This document shows positions 35,069 through 44,500 of a DNA stretch of 46,276 nucleotides, in pieces. The notes beneath the pieces were generated by a model. It was not told the DNA's origin and ran no database searches. It saw nothing but the letters and a program-made list of their open reading frames with translations. Position 1 is the stretch's first letter, and each line of letters begins with the position of its first letter. Both the position numbers and the translations under genes were made by a program. Origin of the DNA: Candidatus Gastranaerophilales bacterium HUM_1. GTDB lineage: Bacteria; Bacteroidota; Bacteroidia; Bacteroidales; UBA932. The stretch spans positions 1 through 46,276 of the forward strand of contig CAVIXF010000341.1 in assembly GCA_963646585.1 (NCBI GenBank), read 5' to 3'.

Positions 35069-35097
35069 TTGACAAATTCTTGTTTAAGGTGTATAAT
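35069..35097 (+). promoter_or_regulatory. Consensus sigma-A promoter upstream of portal
   Basis: TTGACA-aattcttgtttaaggtg-TATAAT. Confidence 0.8.
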
Positions 35098-35101
35098 AAT
35101 A

Positions 35102-35216
35102 CATGGCGGGCACTCCTATCCCCTTCTGCCCGTATGCCATGCTCCGCACCGTTTGCGGATATGGTTTTCTCCTTCATCCCCGGCGCTGTTTTTAACCTTT
35201 CTCACGCCGGGGTGAA
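35102..35216 (+). ncRNA. Structured three-hairpin leader with pyrimidine-rich loops
   Basis: Stems at 35102-35136, 35137-35164 and 35173-35216; CTCCT in loop 1 and in the linker. Confidence 0.45.
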
Positions 35217-35242
35217 TATTACACAGAACTGGTGGTGAAAGA

Positions 35243-36832
35243 ATGGCGGAACCCAAAGTCGAAGGGTATGCGGACGACGGCACACCCATATTCGGCGCGG
35301 CAGAGCTCCCGGACGTTTCTCCGGTACTGACCGGGCGACATATCATATATACGGACGCGGAAACGGTCGACGCGGCAAACGTCGTACAGGTGCTGAATGA
35401 CGTCCTCCCGACCTTTTACCGGAACCAGAGCGAAATAAACTATCTCTACGGCTACTACAAGGGCAGACAGCCCATCCTCAACCGCGTCAAGGAAGTCCGG
35501 CCGGAGATCAACAACAAAATCGTCGAAAACCACGCGTGGGAAATTGTATCCTTCAAGGTCGCGTACCTCCTCGGAGCGCCCATCGCCTACACGCGCCGGA
35601 AAATCCGGAGCGGAGAGGCACGCATGACCATGACGCCCGATGAGATCACCGCGGCGCAGACACGCGACCCGGTGTCTGATAAGGTCGGACGGCTCAATGA
35701 AATCATGCACGTCCTTGACAAGGAGGCCATCGACCACGACATAGCCGAGTGGAACCACATATGCGGAACCGCTTACCGATATGTCATCGGGAACTTAGCG
35801 AACGACGAGAAAATCGAAATCGGCAGTCTCGACCCGAGACGGACAGGCGTCGTCTACTCGAAAGAGCTCGGCGCGAAGCCCGTCATGGCGTTCCAGGAGA
35901 CGCTCAGAGACAATCAGCAGACAATATACACCGTCTGGACAGATACCATGCAGTTCGAGATCGTGAACAACACCGTCACGTCCTCGAGGCTCCACGGCAT
36001 CGGGGCGGTTCCGATCATCGAGTACCCGCTCAACAACGCGCGGCTCGGCTCATTCGAGGTCGTGCTCGAAGTCCTCGACGGCATCAACAAGCTGTCGTCG
36101 AACCGGCTTGACGGCACGGAGCAGTTCGTCCAGAGTTTCATTAAATTCGTCAACTGCCAGATTGACCCCGAGAAGTACAAGGAGTTCCGGCAGGAAGGCG
36201 CTATCGTCATCAAGTCGGACAACTCGAACCCTTCGGACGTCGATATCATCTCGTCCGAACTCGACCAGTCGCAGACACAGGTCGAAATCGACCACCTCTA
36301 TCAGCAAGCCCTCACGATATGCGGTATGCCGGACAGAAACGGTGCGAACCGCACGACCGGAGACACCGGCAACGCCGTGCTGCTCCGCGACGGGTGGGCA
36401 ATGGCGGAAAGCTGCGCTAGGGACACCGTGATGCAGTGGGAACGCAGCGAAAAGCAGTTCCTCAGAATCGCGCTCTCCCTTCTCAAAATATACGGCAAGC
36501 TCGACCTCGGGCTCGCCGACATCGACATCCGGTTCACGAAAGGTAATACGGAGAACATGCTCGTCAAGACGCAGGCTCTCATGAACCTTCTCGACGCCGG
36601 AGTACATCCCGAAATCGCGTTCGGTATACCTCACCTGTTCGACGACCCGAATCAGGCGTATATCGACTCGATCCCATACCTCGCCGCGCGGCTCCAGTCC
36701 GGGGCTGCCGGGCAGGACAATTCAGGGCAGAAAGACGCAAAGCAAAACAATTCAGGGCAGGACAAGCCCGGAGGCGGAAGCAATGACGGAAACAAAAACG
36801 ATTCCGGCGGCGGAAGCTCCGGAACTGATTAA
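35243..36832 (+). CDS. Portal protein (SPP1-like)
   Basis: LYGYYKGRQPI, NNKIVENHA, VPIIEYPLN; position after terL. Confidence 0.92.
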   Translation: MAEPKVEGYADDGTPIFGAAELPDVSPVLTGRHIIYTDAETVDAANVVQVLNDVLPTFYRNQSEINYLYGYYKGRQPILNRVKEVRPEINNKIVENHAWEIVSFKVAYLLGAPIAYTRRKIRSGEARMTMTPDEITAAQTRDPVSDKVGRLNEIMHVLDKEAIDHDIAEWNHICGTAYRYVIGNLANDEKIEIGSLDPRRTGVVYSKELGAKPVMAFQETLRDNQQTIYTVWTDTMQFEIVNNTVTSSRLHGIGAVPIIEYPLNNARLGSFEVVLEVLDGINKLSSNRLDGTEQFVQSFIKFVNCQIDPEKYKEFRQEGAIVIKSDNSNPSDVDIISSELDQSQTQVEIDHLYQQALTICGMPDRNGANRTTGDTGNAVLLRDGWAMAESCARDTVMQWERSEKQFLRIALSLLKIYGKLDLGLADIDIRFTKGNTENMLVKTQALMNLLDAGVHPEIAFGIPHLFDDPNQAYIDSIPYLAARLQSGAAGQDNSGQKDAKQNNSGQDKPGGGSNDGNKNDSGGGSSGTD

Positions 36833-36968
36833 AGTCCGCTGCCCGCACTGCGGAAGGCTCCTCGGAGCAATAAGCGGTGTGGCAGAGATAAAGTGCCGCG
36901 GCTGCGGGACGACGGTCAGAGCCAGAACAGAAGGCTCACACGCCGTCATACGCACGGTCGCGTCATAA
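36783..36968 (+). CDS. Mu Com-like zinc-ribbon regulator
   Basis: VRCPHCGRLL..AEIKCRGCG matches the Com pattern IRCxxCxKLL..IEIRCPRC; GGAGG SD. Confidence 0.8.
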   Translation: MTETKTIPAAEAPELIKVRCPHCGRLLGAISGVAEIKCRGCGTTVRARTEGSHAVIRTVAS

Positions 36969-36992
36969 GCGGGAACACCCGCACCACAACAC

Positions 36993-37057
36993 AGAGCGCC
37001 AAGAGCGCCAGATATCTACAGGTTTTTACACAACCTGTCGGTTCTGGCGCTCTTTTT
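36993..37057 (+). terminator. AGAGCGCC x2 intrinsic terminator before the head genes
   Basis: AAGAGCGCCAGA/TCTGGCGCTCTT and ACAGGTT/AACCTGT stems followed by T-run. Confidence 0.85.
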
Positions 37058-37110
37058 AACTTATTAAGCCTCTTCCCCGGGGCGACGCTGGTTTTAATTT
37101 ATTAAACAAT

Positions 37111-37169
37111 GGACAGAGAAGTCCGAAAAACGCAAATCTATGGCGGAGAGAACCGCCTCACCAAACGCA
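37111..37169 (+). promoter_or_regulatory. Twin AGAGAA-loop hairpins in the scaffold leader
   Basis: GGAC-AGAGAA-GTCC and GGCGG-AGAGAA-CCGCC, each followed by AAACGCA. Confidence 0.7.
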
Positions 37170-37184
37170 GAAAGGGATTATCAC

Positions 37185-37727
37185 ATGGAACTCAGAGATT
37201 TACTCGGCGAAGACTACCGCGAAGGGATGACGGCCGAAGAGATCGCGACGGCGCTCTCGACCAAGAACTTCGTGAACAAGGAGACCTTCGACAAGACCGC
37301 GTCCGACCTCGCAAAGGCGAAGAAGGACATGAAGACCAACGAAGGCACTCTGACCGAACGCCTCGAAGCGCAGAGGCAGCAGATCGAACAGCTCACCGTC
37401 AAGGCGAACCGTCAGGAAGCGGCAAGCATCCTCGCGGGGAACGGCATGACGAAGGAAGCCTACGAGACCTTCCTCGACGGTATCGTCACCACCGACGCGG
37501 AACAGACGACCTCGGTCGCCACGGCAATCGCAGCGGCGTTCAAGGCCTACGGAGAGGCGACGGCGAACAAGGTCAAGGGAGAACTCGCGGCAGGCGGCAA
37601 AGCCCCCTCACAGGCTCCCGCGACGACCACCATGACCAAGGAAGCTTTCGGCAAGCTCACTTTCGCTGAGCAGGTACAGTTCAAGAACGATAATCCGACC
37701 GAATACGCGGCGCTCTTCAAGGCGTGA
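37185..37727 (+). CDS. Head scaffolding protein
   Basis: Coiled coil; MTKEAFGKLTFAEQVQFKNDNP C-terminus; precedes the capsid gene. Confidence 0.8.
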   Translation: MELRDLLGEDYREGMTAEEIATALSTKNFVNKETFDKTASDLAKAKKDMKTNEGTLTERLEAQRQQIEQLTVKANRQEAASILAGNGMTKEAYETFLDGIVTTDAEQTTSVATAIAAAFKAYGEATANKVKGELAAGGKAPSQAPATTTMTKEAFGKLTFAEQVQFKNDNPTEYAALFKA

Positions 37728-37763
37728 CCGCACAACCACATTTTTCGAAAGGATGATTAAACA

Positions 37764-38786
37764 ATGTCCAAGACCTACCTCAACTACCCGTTTGACGACG
37801 ATCTCTTCATTGCCCGCTGGCTTGCGGAGCCGGATTCTACCAAGACCGCGCTCCTCGATTCCGGCGTAATGGTTGACGACCCGGTGCTCGCCTCGAGACT
37901 CATGTCCTCCGGCAACTACGGCACTATCCCCTTCTACAAGACCCTCACCGGCACTCCCGTGAACCACGACGGCGCGACCGATATCACCTCGACCGAGACC
38001 GAGGCAGACCAGCAGAACTTCGTCGCGTACGGCCGCGACGTCGCATGGACTGCACGCGATTTCGTCGGCGAGCTCTCCGGCGCAGACCCGATGGGTCACA
38101 TTATATCGTCCACCGCGAAATTCTGGGCGAAGTATCGCCAGAAGAAGATTATCGCCATCCTCGGCGCGATCTTCGGCATCACCGGCAACGCCGCGTGGAC
38201 TTCCCATACCGTCGACGTCGGTTCCGCAACCGCGACCGCGAGAAAGATTGAGGCAACCGACCTCAACGACCTCGCGACCGACACCCTCGGCGACAACAAG
38301 GACGCGTACAAGCTCGCTATCATGCACTCCTCCGTCGCCCGCACCCTCGAGAATCTCCAGGTTCTTGACTACTGGAAGCAGACCGACGCGAACGGCATCC
38401 AGAGAAACCTCGGCCTCGCGTCCGTGAACGGCTACACCGTCATCATCGACGACGGCGTTCCGGTCACCACTGTCGGCGGTACTGAGGCGAACAAAGACCT
38501 CAAAAAGTACACTACCTACCTCCTCGGCACCGGCGTTCTCCGCCACTGCTGGGCAAGACAGGACGTGCCGGTTGAAGTCCTCCGCGAGCCGCTGAAGAAC
38601 AACGGTCAGGACACCCTCATCACGAGAATCCGCGAGTGCATCCACCCGAACGGCTTCTCCTTCAAGCTGCCCACCACCGGTTGGACGAACTCCCCCACCG
38701 ACGCGCAGCTCGAGGCGTCCACCAACTGGGCTATCAAGTTCGCGCCGAAGGAAATCCCGATCGCACGCCTCATCACGAACGGCTAA
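37764..38786 (+). CDS. Major capsid protein
   Basis: 340 aa, highly biased codons, VIIDDGVP..HPNGFSF; position. Confidence 0.88.
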   Translation: MSKTYLNYPFDDDLFIARWLAEPDSTKTALLDSGVMVDDPVLASRLMSSGNYGTIPFYKTLTGTPVNHDGATDITSTETEADQQNFVAYGRDVAWTARDFVGELSGADPMGHIISSTAKFWAKYRQKKIIAILGAIFGITGNAAWTSHTVDVGSATATARKIEATDLNDLATDTLGDNKDAYKLAIMHSSVARTLENLQVLDYWKQTDANGIQRNLGLASVNGYTVIIDDGVPVTTVGGTEANKDLKKYTTYLLGTGVLRHCWARQDVPVEVLREPLKNNGQDTLITRIRECIHPNGFSFKLPTTGWTNSPTDAQLEASTNWAIKFAPKEIPIARLITNG

Positions 38787-38789
38787 ACC

Positions 38790-39122
38790 ATGACCGCAGA
38801 CGAGAAGCTTATCCGGCTGAAACGGATGATGCGGCTTCCCGACACGGACGACGATACGCTCTCGGCGTTCCTCGACTTCACGCGAGACGAAATCCTCTCG
38901 TGGAGGTACGGGGCGACCGGGAGCATACCGGACGACGTGACCGACGTGCCGCAGGAATACGAAAGCGTCCAGTTGAACGCCGTCATGATCGGCTTCTCGC
39001 AGATCGGCGGCGAAGGCGAAACCGCTCACAATGAAAACGGAATATCGAGGCAGTTCGGGTATTCGTCCTGCCTCGAATACATCCACAAAAACGTTATGCC
39101 GTACGTCGGGGTGATCTCATGA
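38790..39122 (+). CDS. Head-tail connector (adaptor)
   Basis: GGEGETAHNENGISR motif; position. Confidence 0.8.
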   Translation: MTADEKLIRLKRMMRLPDTDDDTLSAFLDFTRDEILSWRYGATGSIPDDVTDVPQEYESVQLNAVMIGFSQIGGEGETAHNENGISRQFGYSSCLEYIHKNVMPYVGVIS

Positions 39123-39472
39123 GGACGCTCGCGAAGAACCGGATACCGTACTGGTACGCCCTCTACGCGGGCACTCAGGACGTCACCGACGAGAACGGCA
39201 ATTACACCGGCGAGCAGGAAGTCATCTATACCGAACCCGTCAAGGCGTGGGGCAACATCTCCGCCGCCAAAGGCGAATCATACGCCGCCGGGTTCGGAAC
39301 GATGGTCGACTACGACAAAGTGCTCTGCACCGAAACGACAGAGCTTGACGAGAACGCGGTCGTCTGGCTCGACGCAGAGCCGACCGCCCCGTACAACTAC
39401 CGCGTCAGGCGCGTGTCGAAGTCAATCAACGGAACGCTCGTCGCGCTGAAACAAGTCGACGTAGGAACGTAG
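39119..39472 (+). CDS. Head closure (stopper) protein
   Basis: DENGNYTGE..YRVRRV; position. Confidence 0.7.
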   Translation: MRTLAKNRIPYWYALYAGTQDVTDENGNYTGEQEVIYTEPVKAWGNISAAKGESYAAGFGTMVDYDKVLCTETTELDENAVVWLDAEPTAPYNYRVRRVSKSINGTLVALKQVDVGT

Positions 39473-39486
39473 CGAAGGAGAACGCC

Positions 39487-39990
39487 ATGCGAAAACGTAT
39501 AACCGTCCGGCTCTCGCCCGGAAGCGTCAAGTCGGCTCTCGATGAGGTCGCATCCCTCATGTCAGCCAACCGGAACCGGCTCGACGACGCCGCGCGGGAT
39601 ATCGCCGAACGGATATGCGAAAAAGCACAGGCGAACTTCGACGCCGCGTGGTACGACAGCCTCGCGAGAGGCGTCAGAGGCGAAGCCGATATCAAATGCC
39701 GGGTAGAAAAGACCGGCAGCGGCTACAAAGTCGTCGCCGAAGGGAATGAGGTGACGTTCATCGAGTTCGGGGCAGGAATCTATTACAATCCCCCCGCCGG
39801 AGCGTCCCCTCACCCGAAAGGCGCTGAACTCGGATTCATTATCGGCGGATATGGCAAGGGGCAGGGAAATCAGAAGGCGTGGGGCTACTACGCCGAAGAC
39901 GGAAACCTCGTCATCACGCACGGCACGGCGGCGCAAATGCCGCTGTACAGAGCTTTTGAAGAGGTATTACAGGAGGCGAAGAAACGATGA
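39487..39990 (+). CDS. Neck/tail-completion protein (HK97 gp10-like)
   Basis: FIEFGAG..THGTAAQMPLYRA. Confidence 0.7.
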   Translation: MRKRITVRLSPGSVKSALDEVASLMSANRNRLDDAARDIAERICEKAQANFDAAWYDSLARGVRGEADIKCRVEKTGSGYKVVAEGNEVTFIEFGAGIYYNPPAGASPHPKGAELGFIIGGYGKGQGNQKAWGYYAEDGNLVITHGTAAQMPLYRAFEEVLQEAKKR

Positions 39991-40382
39991 TCGATTTTGA
40001 AAACACATTCGTCGACGCTGTGCGAACGGCAGTCGCGAAAAAGTTTCCGAAAGCGACGGTCGTCTCCGAGTACGTCCCGAAACCGTCTTCCTTCCCCCAT
40101 GTGTACATCCGCGAAACCGATAACGTCTCCGAGACCGCCTCGTTCCGCGTAAGCGGCGGAGAAAACAACGCGAGACTGTCCTACACCGTCGACGTATTTT
40201 CGAACAAGAAAAGCGGGAAAAAGAGCGAATGCAAAGCGGTTATGGCAGTGGTCGACGAGACCATGCAGAGCTACAACTTCCAGCGCACATTCTGCAACCC
40301 CTTCCCGAACGAGAACGACGCGTCCATCTACCGGATGGTCGCGAGATACACGAAACTGCAATCAGCAGAAATGGAGGTATGA
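39987..40382 (+). CDS. Tail terminator protein
   Basis: SFPHVYI..YTVDVFSN..YRMVARY; position. Confidence 0.7.
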   Translation: MIDFENTFVDAVRTAVAKKFPKATVVSEYVPKPSSFPHVYIRETDNVSETASFRVSGGENNARLSYTVDVFSNKKSGKKSECKAVMAVVDETMQSYNFQRTFCNPFPNENDASIYRMVARYTKLQSAEMEV

Positions 40383-40385
40383 TAA

Positions 40386-40844
40386 ATGACCACCAACGGC
40401 ATTAAATTCTATTACGCTCCCGAGACCACCGCGGGCACTCAGCCCACCGCCGGTTGGGTTGAAATCCCGAACGTCGTCAGCTGGGGTGAAATCGGCTCGA
40501 CTCCCGATACCATCGAAATCACCCCGGTCTCCGAGACCGCGTTCAAGCGCTACGAGCAGGGTCTGTCCGACACCGGCAGCGTCGACGTCACCGGCAACTG
40601 GGCTTCTGATTTCATCGACGCGTGGGAGACCATGAGAGAGGCTGCGGCAACCGCGGCTGCATCGGGCAAGACGCTCTGGTTCACCCAGGTCATTCCGAAC
40701 TACGAAAAGAGCTTCTATTACTCCGGTTCCCCCTCGATGCTCAGATTCCCCGAGGTCACCTCGAACTCGGCTTTCCAGGTATCCGGAACCATCACCGTAA
40801 ACAAGGTCACCGGCCTTGCAACGAAGCCCACTATCGGCGGCTGA
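40386..40844 (+). CDS. Major tail tube protein
   Basis: EIGSTPDTIEITP..KRYEQGLSDTG. Confidence 0.85.
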   Translation: MTTNGIKFYYAPETTAGTQPTAGWVEIPNVVSWGEIGSTPDTIEITPVSETAFKRYEQGLSDTGSVDVTGNWASDFIDAWETMREAAATAAASGKTLWFTQVIPNYEKSFYYSGSPSMLRFPEVTSNSAFQVSGTITVNKVTGLATKPTIGG

Positions 40845-40863
40845 TAAACAAAGGAGATAAACC

Positions 40864-41175
40864 ATGATCATCAACGGCAAGGAAATAACGGCAAAACCCA
40901 TCGATTTCAACGCCACGATCGAACTCAACGATCTCGGCGGCGACATCTACTCTTTCGGCACAAAGCCCCTCGCGGCACTCAGAGCCTATCTCGCGTACTG
41001 CGCGGGCATCGACGCCGAGGAGGCGGGTCGGGAAATTGAAGCACACATCGTAGGGGGCGGCGACCTCTCCGACCTCTCGACGGCATTCATGAAGGCGTGC
41101 GACGACAGCGCTTTTTTCAAAGCGATGATCGCGAAGGCGAAGACGACGGAGAAGAAACAGGCAAAGAACGCCTGA
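40864..41175 (+). CDS. Tail assembly chaperone (G-like)
   Basis: Between tail tube and tape measure; AAGGAG SD. Confidence 0.75.
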   Translation: MIINGKEITAKPIDFNATIELNDLGGDIYSFGTKPLAALRAYLAYCAGIDAEEAGREIEAHIVGGGDLSDLSTAFMKACDDSAFFKAMIAKAKTTEKKQAKNA

Positions 41176-41561
41176 TTCCGAACGCCGCCGAAACGGTATA
41201 CGAAAACTGGCTTCCTGCGGCTTACAGGATCGGGCTTGACCTTACCACATTCTGGCGGCTCAATCCGCGCCGCATGAAGCCTTTTTTAGATATATTCGAA
41301 AAGAACCAGCGTGAAGAACGCGATCGGATGAACTTTCACGCATACATGACCGGCGTCTACGTCCGGGACGCCATCGGCGCATGCTTCTCGAAGAACGGAA
41401 AGTTCCCGGATCGTCCGTACGATCTGAGAAGCGAAGAGGAAAAAGCGGCCGCAATCTCCCCCGAAGAATACGCACGGAGATTGATCCTCATGCAGGAATA
41501 CCACGATAAAGAAAGAAAATTAAAGGAAAAGTTCGGAGGAGGTGAAATAAATGGCAGATAA
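41112..41561 (+). CDS. Tail assembly chaperone extension (T-like), probably by -1 frameshift
   Basis: T TTT TTC at 41112-41118; -1 frame open to 41561 with FWRLNPRRM motif. Confidence 0.65.
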   Translation, partial: FFQSDDREGEDDGEETGKERLIPNAAETVYENWLPAAYRIGLDLTTFWRLNPRRMKPFLDIFEKNQREERDRMNFHAYMTGVYVRDAIGACFSKNGKFPDRPYDLRSEEEKAAAISPEEYARRLILMQEYHDKERKLKEKFGGGEINGR

Positions 41562-44500
41562 CGAAGTGCAAATTGACAGCTTGTCAGTCGCGATAGAGGA
41601 AAGCACCGGACGGGCGTCGAAAGACCTCTCGAGCCTTGCATCCGGACTTAAGAAGCTGCAAAAGAGCGTCGCGGGGTTGAATCTGAACAACGCGATTATA
41701 CAGTTCGGCTCACTGTCGACGGCAATCGGCGGGATCGGAAACAACGCCGACAAGATCACGGCTCTCGCCTCGTCGCTGCTTGACCTCAAGTCGGTCGGGA
41801 AAGTCAGCGCCGCCGTGCCGAAAGCGCTCTCGAACCAGATCACCGCACTTGATACCGCGCTGAGTGGCGTCACCGAATCGGACGTAAAGCGGATATCGTC
41901 ACTGGCATCCGCCCTGACTCAGCTCAGCAGTGCGAAAATGCCGCAAATCTCAGCGTCTATCGGGCATCAAATTCAGAACATCGGAGACGCGGCGAAGAAC
42001 CTGCAAGGCGTGAACCTCACGCGGTTCAAGGAACTTGCAACCGCGTTGCAGCCGCTGTCGGCTCTCACCCCTGCGCACCTCACCTCATTTATTAATCAGC
42101 TCGGCGAATTCTCTCAGCTGTCGAAGGAACTCGAAACCGTCGACATGGACAAATTTGTTTCGACGATTGAGCGGCTTACGGCGGCCATGAAGCCCCTCGC
42201 GACCGAGATGGACAAAATCGCGCGCGGATTCTCAGCTTTTCCGCAGAGAATTCAGACTTTTATTAAAAATAATGAAGAATCGACCAAGAGCGTAAAAAAA
42301 GCCGAACCGACGTGGCAGAAATTCTTTGAGACCATATCAAAGGGCAGTAAAAAAAGTTCGTCAGGGCTGACGAATTTCGCAAAACAGCTTTTCTCGATTT
42401 CGACGATCAAAAAGTTCTGGATGAAAGCTACGGATTCGCTCGAATCCGCCAACGAATACATCGAAGCCCTGAACCTCTTCTACGTCTCGATGGGCGACAA
42501 AGAGCTCGCCGAGAATGCGCAGAAATACGCCGAAATCGTCGGGGACAGCTACGGAATCGACCCCACAGAGTTCATGAAGATGCAAGCGACCTTCATGGAC
42601 GTCTCGAAATCATTCGGCACGGCGAGCGGCACGGCGTATACCATGTCGAAGGCGCTGACGCAGCTGACTTATGATATATCATCTCTTTATAACCTCAAAG
42701 TCGACGAATCGCTGAACAAAGTGCGGTCGGCTCTGGTCGGCGAGATAGAGCCGATCCGCGCCCTCGGAAAAGACCTTTCCGTCGCGAACCTCAAACTCCT
42801 CGCGACCGAACTCGGCATCACTGCGAACGTTGACGCCATGAACCAGTCCGAAAAGGCAATGCTCCGCACGATCTCGCTGCTGAGACAGTCGAAGTCGGCT
42901 ATGGGCGACATGGCGAGAACGCTCGAGCAGCCCGCGAACCAGTTCAGAATCCTTAAAGCGCAGCTGACACTTCTCGGACGGGCAATCGGCGAGCTATTCC
43001 TGCCGATGGTGCAAAAAGTTCTCCCGTACATGATCGCGCTTGTCAAAGTCGGACAGCACATTGTCTCGGCGTTCGCAGCACTCGCGGGGTTTGAACTGCC
43101 GAAATTCGACTACGCGGATTCGATAATCGAAGGCAACGAAGGTATCGCAGATTCCGCAGAGGACGCCGCGAAGAGCGTCAAGAAGCTTTATCAGCTCTCA
43201 TTCGACGAGCTGAACATTCTCGGGAATAAGAACGGCTCCTCGTCCGGAAGCGGGACGAGCGCGGCGGATATCGCGAAGCTTGAAGAGGAGCTTAATCGGC
43301 TGTCGGCAGAGTGGGACACCGCATTTTCGAAGAAGATCGGCGAGACCACCGACAAGATCGCGGAGCAGATTGAGAACTGGATCACCAAAGGGCAGGACGT
43401 CGAAGACTGGGCGGCCGGCGTCTGGAAAGACTTCAAGGGCATCAAGGACGCCGCGGCGGCTGTCGCGGACTCCCTCGGGCTCTGGAAGATTCCCGCCGCT
43501 ATCGCAGACCTCGCGAAGTCTCTCGGGCTTGACGTTGGCGCGGTCGACTTTAATTTCGGATCGTCCACGCAGGGCAAAGTCACCGGCGGCGACACACTGA
43601 AAAAACTGCTCGGAAGCGGGCTGGGGCTGGCGCTCGGGATTGGGGCGCTGGCAATCGCGGCAACAGGCAATGGCGGAGGGCTTCTCGCGAAAGGCCTCGG
43701 AATCGCCCTCGGAATCGGCGCGATAGATATGCTTTATGACAACGTGACGAGCGGAAAGAACGACACGAGCACCGGGAACGGACTGCTGAAAACAGTCACA
43801 AATGCTCTCAGCCTCGGTCTGCTCGGAGCTTCGCTCTCACTGCTCGGCGGCAAGGGGCTGAAATATTCCGTCGAAATGGCATTAGGAATATCATCAGTGC
43901 TACTGCTATTTGACGGCATCACCGGGCTTGTCGATACCGACCCGGATAACGACCTCGCGTCGACCGTCAAGCTGGGCATAGGGGCTGCGCTCGGTGGCAT
44001 TAAGCTGATGGTTGCCGGAGGCGCAGCAGGACTTAAATACACGTTGCCGATGGCTTTAGGCTTCACGAGCCTATCGATGATATTTGCCGGGGCGTCGGCT
44101 ACTGCGGATGGGAACACGCTTCTCGGAATTGTTTCGGGCGCCGTCGGACAGGCATTTGCTGCGGCTACCGGTGGAGCCGTTGCAAAGCTGATAGGAGTCG
44201 CCCCGGCTGCTGGGGCTGGATTAGCGCTGCATTTTTCGATACCATTTGCCATTTCTCTGACGCTTGAAAAAATCGGGTTCTTTGACAAAGCCGGAGAAAA
44301 AATCAAGGACGCTTTTTCGGGAATGGGAGAAGCGTTCAAAAAATCGACGGAGAACTTCAAGAACGGCAAATATGATCCGAATAACATCTTCGGCGTCGCG
44401 GGAAACTGGTTAGACACTCTCGGCGAAACAATCTCCGGCGCGTTTGATGGGCTGACGAAAACAAAATACCCTAAATTGGATAGTGGCAACAGTTTCAAGG

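Noticed and set aside
37250..37716. Single GGCGCTCT copies inside the scaffold gene
   Set aside because: Isolated, coding and not tandem; expected by chance.
37608..39086. Long antisense ORFs (also 9877-11199, 28276-29232, 43734-44630)
   Set aside because: Shadows of strongly codon-biased sense genes; no SD or recognisable motifs.
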